Shown here one piece after another: positions 53,066 to 64,000 of a DNA stretch of 64,000 bases; the first letter of the stretch is position 1; every line of letters starts with the position of its first letter. The stretch lies in NCBI RefSeq assembly GCF_009914755.1, contig NC_060938.1. One strand, given 5' to 3'. This DNA comes from the human T2T-CHM13v2.0 reference genome, Homo sapiens. A model generated the notes under the pieces. The model made no database searches and was not told the DNA's origin. It saw only the letters and a list, made by a program, of their open reading frames with translations. A program made the position numbers and the translations under genes.

Positions 53066-55230
53066 TATGATTTAATTCACTTCAAATATATTGAGACTTG
53101 TTTTATTGCTCATAATTGGGTCTATATTCATAAACATTTCACTTGTGCTTGAAAATAATAGGTAGTCTACTAAAGTTGAATTAATTTTTCTAATTAAAAT
53201 TATTGATAGAAGAGTATTAAAAACTCTCACTGCAACTTCAGATTGGTGCATTTCTTCTTGACATTCCATTAGATTTTGCTTCAGATATTTTGAGTCTCTG
53301 TTACTATGTGTATACTGCTTAAGATTGCTATGCTCTCTTGATGAATTTACCCTCTAATATTATTAAAGGATACATTTTTTTCCCGGATAATATTTTTTCT
53401 CTGAAATCAAACTTGTTAAGCAGTAACGTAGCATCTCCAGCTTTCTTTTAATATCAACTTTCAAAAATTAGTATTAGTATGATTATTGTTAGATGTCATT
53501 ATCTGTTCTTACGCTTGAACCCCTTTGTTTCTTTAAAGTGAGTTTCTCGTAGGTAGTGGATAATTACATTTTGCTTTTGTATTCATTCTAACAATCCACA
53601 AGTTTTAGTTTTGTTGTTTAGACAATCTACATTTTATATTACTTTTGATAAAAATAATAATGTTAAGAAAGAAGTCTTTTATATCAGCCCTAAGGCATGC
53701 CATCTGAGGCTCTTTTTTTTAATAAATGCAGATTTCAATCTGTTATCATTTTCCTCACTTTCCTTCTGCCTGGGGGACTTTTCTTCACATTTTTCATAAT
53801 GTAAGATGATTGGTAATTAATGATTTCATCAATTGCCTGTGTCTTGTTTTTGCCTTTATTTTTTGTGAATAATTGTTTTCATTGAATCTACAACTCTAGG
53901 TTGACTTGTATTGTTTGCTCATTTTTGTTATTTTCCTTTCAGTTATTTAAAGATATTTTCCTACTGTCCACCATGCATTTTTTCTGATGAGAGGTAATCT
54001 ATCATTCTAATTTCTTTCTCTCTGTGTCTTGTGTATTTTTTTTTCTGATTGCTTTTAAAATTTCCTCTTTAATGCCAGTTTTAAGCAATTCAATAAAGAT
54101 GTACTTTGTTTTAGTTTATGTCATATTTTATTGAGCTCATGGATCTGAGAGTTTACAGTTTTAATAAAATATGCAAAAATATCCATTATTTCTTGTGGCA
54201 TTTTCTGCCCACACCCTATTTTCTGGGAATCCAATTGCACATGCCTTAGGCTACTTGCTTTGCATGCTTTGTCTCACAGTTCACTGAACCTCTGTTTATT
54301 TTTTTTCATTCTTCTTTTTTTCTAGGTTACAGTCTGTATAGTTTATGATGCTATATTTTCAGAATTACTAATATTTTTATCTGGAATATTTCATATGGAA
54401 TAAATTTTATAATTTTTATTTTTCATGTACTTTAATATGATATTTTCTCTCTCAGGATATGATTTTGGTCTTTTAAATATATTTATTTATTGACTTAGCA
54501 CGGTCAAACTTTCTGCAGCTTTTTGGCAACACAGAATAAAGTTATTTTAACTGCTTTAATGTCTTTATGTACTAATTATGTCATCTATACTATTTCTGGA
54601 TTAATTACCATTACTTTTTTTTTTCTTTTTGGTCTTACTCTTAAGTTGTGGTATGTGGGACCAGAGAAATATCTGCTCGAGAAAACTTTGGCTTACTGCT
54701 GACGCCAAACTGTGGTGTTTATTCTACCTGATGCCTCATTAATTAAGAGGGTTTCCAACTGGCTGCTGGGACGAGCAACTTTTTCAAGCTACTAAGCTCT
54801 GGAGTTTTTTCATTCTTCTACCTCCTGCCTTGGGTATTTTTTTTTTTTTTTTTTTTTTGGCATATATGCTCCAGTAAGTTTTCAATTAATATTAAGAGGG
54901 AGAAAAATTTTCAAATCTGTGAAAGATTCTCTCTGTGCAGTTTTCTCCTTCTATTACTCTCTGCATTAAGTTTTTTTTTCCTCCTTGGCCTCTTCATACT
55001 CTCAGCAATGTCTTTTCAACTCAGGAATATTCCTGGACTCTGCCTAGTAAACTGGAGGCCAAGAACGGAGCAATCATACTGCTCTCTTTGCTTGCTGTCT
55101 GTCAGCAACCATTGTTCTTTGTCTGATGTTAAATATTTTGGATACTGTTGCTTTATATATACTTTTATTTTACAATTTTTTCCAATAGAAGTGTAAATCA
55201 GTTTTCTGTTACTGCATCTTGTCAAGAAAA
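53066..55230 (-). mobile_element. Ancient L1M fragments (ORF2 5' region, ORF1/5' region)
   Basis: AATATATTGAGACTTGTTTTAT.GC, CTCTTGATGAATT.ACCC, TTTCTGATGAGA.GT, GTCTCACAGTTCACTGA. Confidence 0.6.
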
Positions 55231-57189
55231 ATAATATAAAGTTACATTTTAAAACAAATTACTCATTAAGTAACTAAAACCTTTTTTACGACATATATGC
55301 AATTTATTTCATCAGGAAGATGTTAATGAATATAAAATGACTTTCATTGATGTGCCTTGTTTGATTTTTATACATAAACTGTGTAGAATATCATATCTTC
55401 AACAATTTTTAAATGAAAGATAATCTTGAATAACAGTATATCACAAACTTTACACTTAACTATCCCAAGGAGGATTGATGCATTATTGCTGGCTCTGAAC
55501 TGTAAAGATCAAGCTACAAAAATGGTGAGAAGGCTCTTGGTGCTGAGGATAGCCACGTGAGGACAGTCAGCAAAGAAAAAAGGAACACTAAGTTTTAGGT
55601 AGTTAGTTATGGAAGAAATAAGAAAAAGAATGCACACCATTTCCCATTGTCTCTAGCTGCTCATGGAATAAAATTTTAGATGTCATGTTTTGGTCTGGAG
55701 TTTAATCTGGAATCTAAAACAAATTATAATTAAGTCCATTAGGGGTTGGAAACTACTCTTTTGCCTCATTACTCAGTGTTCTAAAGCTGATATGTAGATT
55801 TCATCAATGCATCCAACTCATGCTGACAGGAGTCTATTGTTCCAGCTTTCTTAAACAATTTAGCAGGCTGTTATCACTCATAACATAACATTGAAAAATC
55901 ACCCACTTATCGATAGTCCCATTAGGTCTACCACATGAAGTCATGTATTCTCACAGAATGGACATATACAATGGGAGGTAATAGCAAGTAAATAATAGAA
56001 TGGTTTCTGAAATCAAGAGAATGGTTGTTTGGCACCCTTGTGATTCTGAAGCTGTTATGTATTTTTAGCTTATTTATTTGTAATAGGACATAAGATAAAA
56101 TATTTTGTGGCAAAGTTTCATAGTCATAATAGAAATAGTAAATGGTTGAATTTTTCATTTCCTGCTTTAAATACCCAAATTAGAACTTTGCATAAGTCCT
56201 AATAAAAATACAATCAATTATTTGTTATTTGTGTTAAGGTGCTATGTAATTCATGCAATGCATAATAAAAATTAGTGAATAGTCCAAACGTTATTTAAAT
56301 TAAATATTGGCATAAATACAGGTGTCTCTGATTTTTTAGAATAGATGCTATGGCATATACATTAAATTGTTATAGCAAATTTATGGTTAAAAGAAAGTTT
56401 CTTCTGTAACTTCTCTGATTTTCCTGACCAATAATGCTATCTGTTGGGCATGAGGAGCACTATAATCTATACTCTGAAGATACCTTTTACTTGCTTTGGG
56501 CCATTTATCACGTAAAATAGAACAGACTGGCTTATATTTTGCTTGAAAATGTATCATGTACTTTGCAAGTGTAAAGGATAATGTATGCTCATCTGGAAGT
56601 TATTTTACATCAATAAGTTTATGAATTTTTTTTCAAAGCTGAAAATATTTTGACATTATAGTTTAAGTACAAATGTGTTGTGTACACACACATATTGTAT
56701 TGTAAATATGTGTATTTGGTATTAAAAAGTTTGCCTTCCCAAATGTGCTTTTCCTTAAATTATATTTACTTTATCCAATATAAATCATATGATTTGGTGG
56801 AGTGAAGTGTATCTAAAATTTTGATCTCAAAAAGGAAAGCAATTTAGATGATGTGAAAGGAAGTTACTTGTAAGAACTAGTGAGAGCATTTTAAGCCGAA
56901 TATTTAGGGAAAAATTCATAGTGCAGTGTGCTGAAGAGTGAACAGAAGATAAGAAATTTGAAACTGAATGAAATGTTACTTTTCCAGCAACTTGATTATG
57001 CATATAAAGGAGCTGTAAATTATATACTAAAAGTAGAAAGAAACACTTATTATAAAAATATTTTAATAAAATAATACATAAATATTCCAGAAAACTTAAT
57101 AACAAAACTTATACAACACTTGAATTGTCATCATAGTTTCACCTACAATCCACACTCTTCCTTTTCTTTCCTAATCTATTACAAATTAA

Positions 57190-62601
<5,412 letters not shown>

Positions 62602-62644
62602 ACAATGAGAACACATGGACACAGGAAGGGGAACATCACTCTCT

Positions 62645-62678
62645 GGGGACTGTTGTGGGGTGGGGGGAGGGGGAGGGA
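62645..62678 (+). other. G-quadruplex-forming polypurine tract of the L1 3'UTR
   Basis: GGGG..GGGG.GGGGGG.GGGGG.GGG runs. Confidence 0.7.
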
Positions 62679-63399
62679 GAGCATTAGGAGATATACCTAA
62701 TGCTAAATGACAAGCTAATGGGTGCAGCACACCAGCATGGCACATGTATACATATGTAACAAACCTGCACGTTTTGCACATGTACCCTAAAACTTAAGGT
62801 ATAATAATAATAAAAAAAAGAATCCTAATATCTTCTTAAGCAATACATATATTCATAGATGAAGGGAAGGTCATATGTGGAATAAATGATGTTTCCCTTG
62901 ATTTTCTTCTTTAAAATAGCATAAGGAAGAGGATATATTTTTGTTCTGAATTTTGATTTCCTGATTACAATTATTTATGTGTGAAATGGCATCAGACTTG
63001 ACTACTCATACATAATAATATTAATATGTATGATATGCTTCTGGGAAACATAAAGCTTGTTAGAATTATATTTCTGATTGGCAATGAAAATGAATTAAAA
63101 TGCTTTTACAATATGTTAAAAACATTTTATTAATATACATTTTACGTTACTATCATTTAAATATTGATATATTCTATTATGAATTTTAGTAGAAGTAAGT
63201 CATTAACTTGCATATGTTCCTTTAGGAATTGAAAAACAATTTTTAAAAGATTAAAAATAAAATATTTTTCATTTTAAATTTATTCTCATTAGGTTAAGGA
63301 ATAATATACTTATCTTTATATTGACCTTAAAAATTTAACGGAAAAAACTGATTTTATTCTGTCCAAAATGTCATCAACAGAAACGTTTGACTGTCTAAT

Positions 63400-63760
63400 A
63401 TACATGACAATGATGTAAACTAATCACCTACTGACACTAAGCATATGCTTCTCCCTTTGCTTAGGGCAAAGATGTAGACAATACACATTTTCACAAACAA
63501 ATGAATAAAATGGATTCACTGGTAAGAGACTCTTAAGAAAATACAAACCATGAATACAATAGTGTATGCTTGTCTGTGGAAAACTACAGAAGATATTGGG
63601 CAAGAGAAAGCTTAATGGTGATTAAGAGCCAGACACATGACTCTCAGATGTAAGAACAGAACAGGTACAGAGAGCACAAATGCAAATTATTGAGATAGAA
63701 ACAACCTTTATATGTTTCGGAGACAGCTTGGCCAGGATAGGAGTAGTAGAAGTCAAAGAA
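63400..63760 (-). mobile_element. L2 fragment
   Basis: GAGCCAGACACATGA..T.AG...AAGAACAG..CAGG.ACAGAGAGCACAAATGCAAA resembles L2. Confidence 0.45.
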
Positions 63761-64000
63761 AACAGTGTTCACAAACCATAAAGTTAAATTGAATGATTAA
63801 TAGGTATATTTGTTTTAGTTTACCTACCCAGACTAATTTTTTTTTTTAATTTATGGAAGAGAAGGGGTCTAGGAGATTTGGCTTTGCAGTTTGCTCCCTG
63901 CCCTTTCAGCCTAATCTTTAAAAATATGCCACTTAATGCAATTAACATTATAGCAGTTTGAGAAATAAGGAAATTTATTTGATAACGTCAAGCCACTGTA

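Overview
Primate (human/ape-like) AT-rich, repeat-saturated DNA with no recognisable host protein-coding exon. Almost all ORF-track entries are repeat-derived or chance ORFs. The window holds many L1s of several ages, four Alu S/J copies plus one more AluS, MaLR/ERVL LTRs (MST, THE1 solo and full-length, MLT1, MLT2), an ERV9 LTR12, hAT DNA-transposon fossils, and MIR/L2 remnants. The standout is the young L1PA3/4-like element at about 58.7-62.8 kb. Its ORF2 is full length (3828 nt, no frameshifts, two nonsense codons). Its 5' end is a three-part chimera: a 50-nt structured 28S rRNA fragment, then what look like the last codons of ORF1, joined directly to the ORF2 ATG with the inter-ORF spacer missing. 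All three parts are in one open frame (620 aa) with an upstream genomic ATG. Other notable items are a twin-primed L1 with a probable 3' transduction inside a 15-bp TSD, an LTR12/LTR30 chimeric LTR, a perfect 19-bp-arm hairpin, and a templated-insertion repair scar. Family and subfamily names come from recalled consensus sequences, not from database searches.
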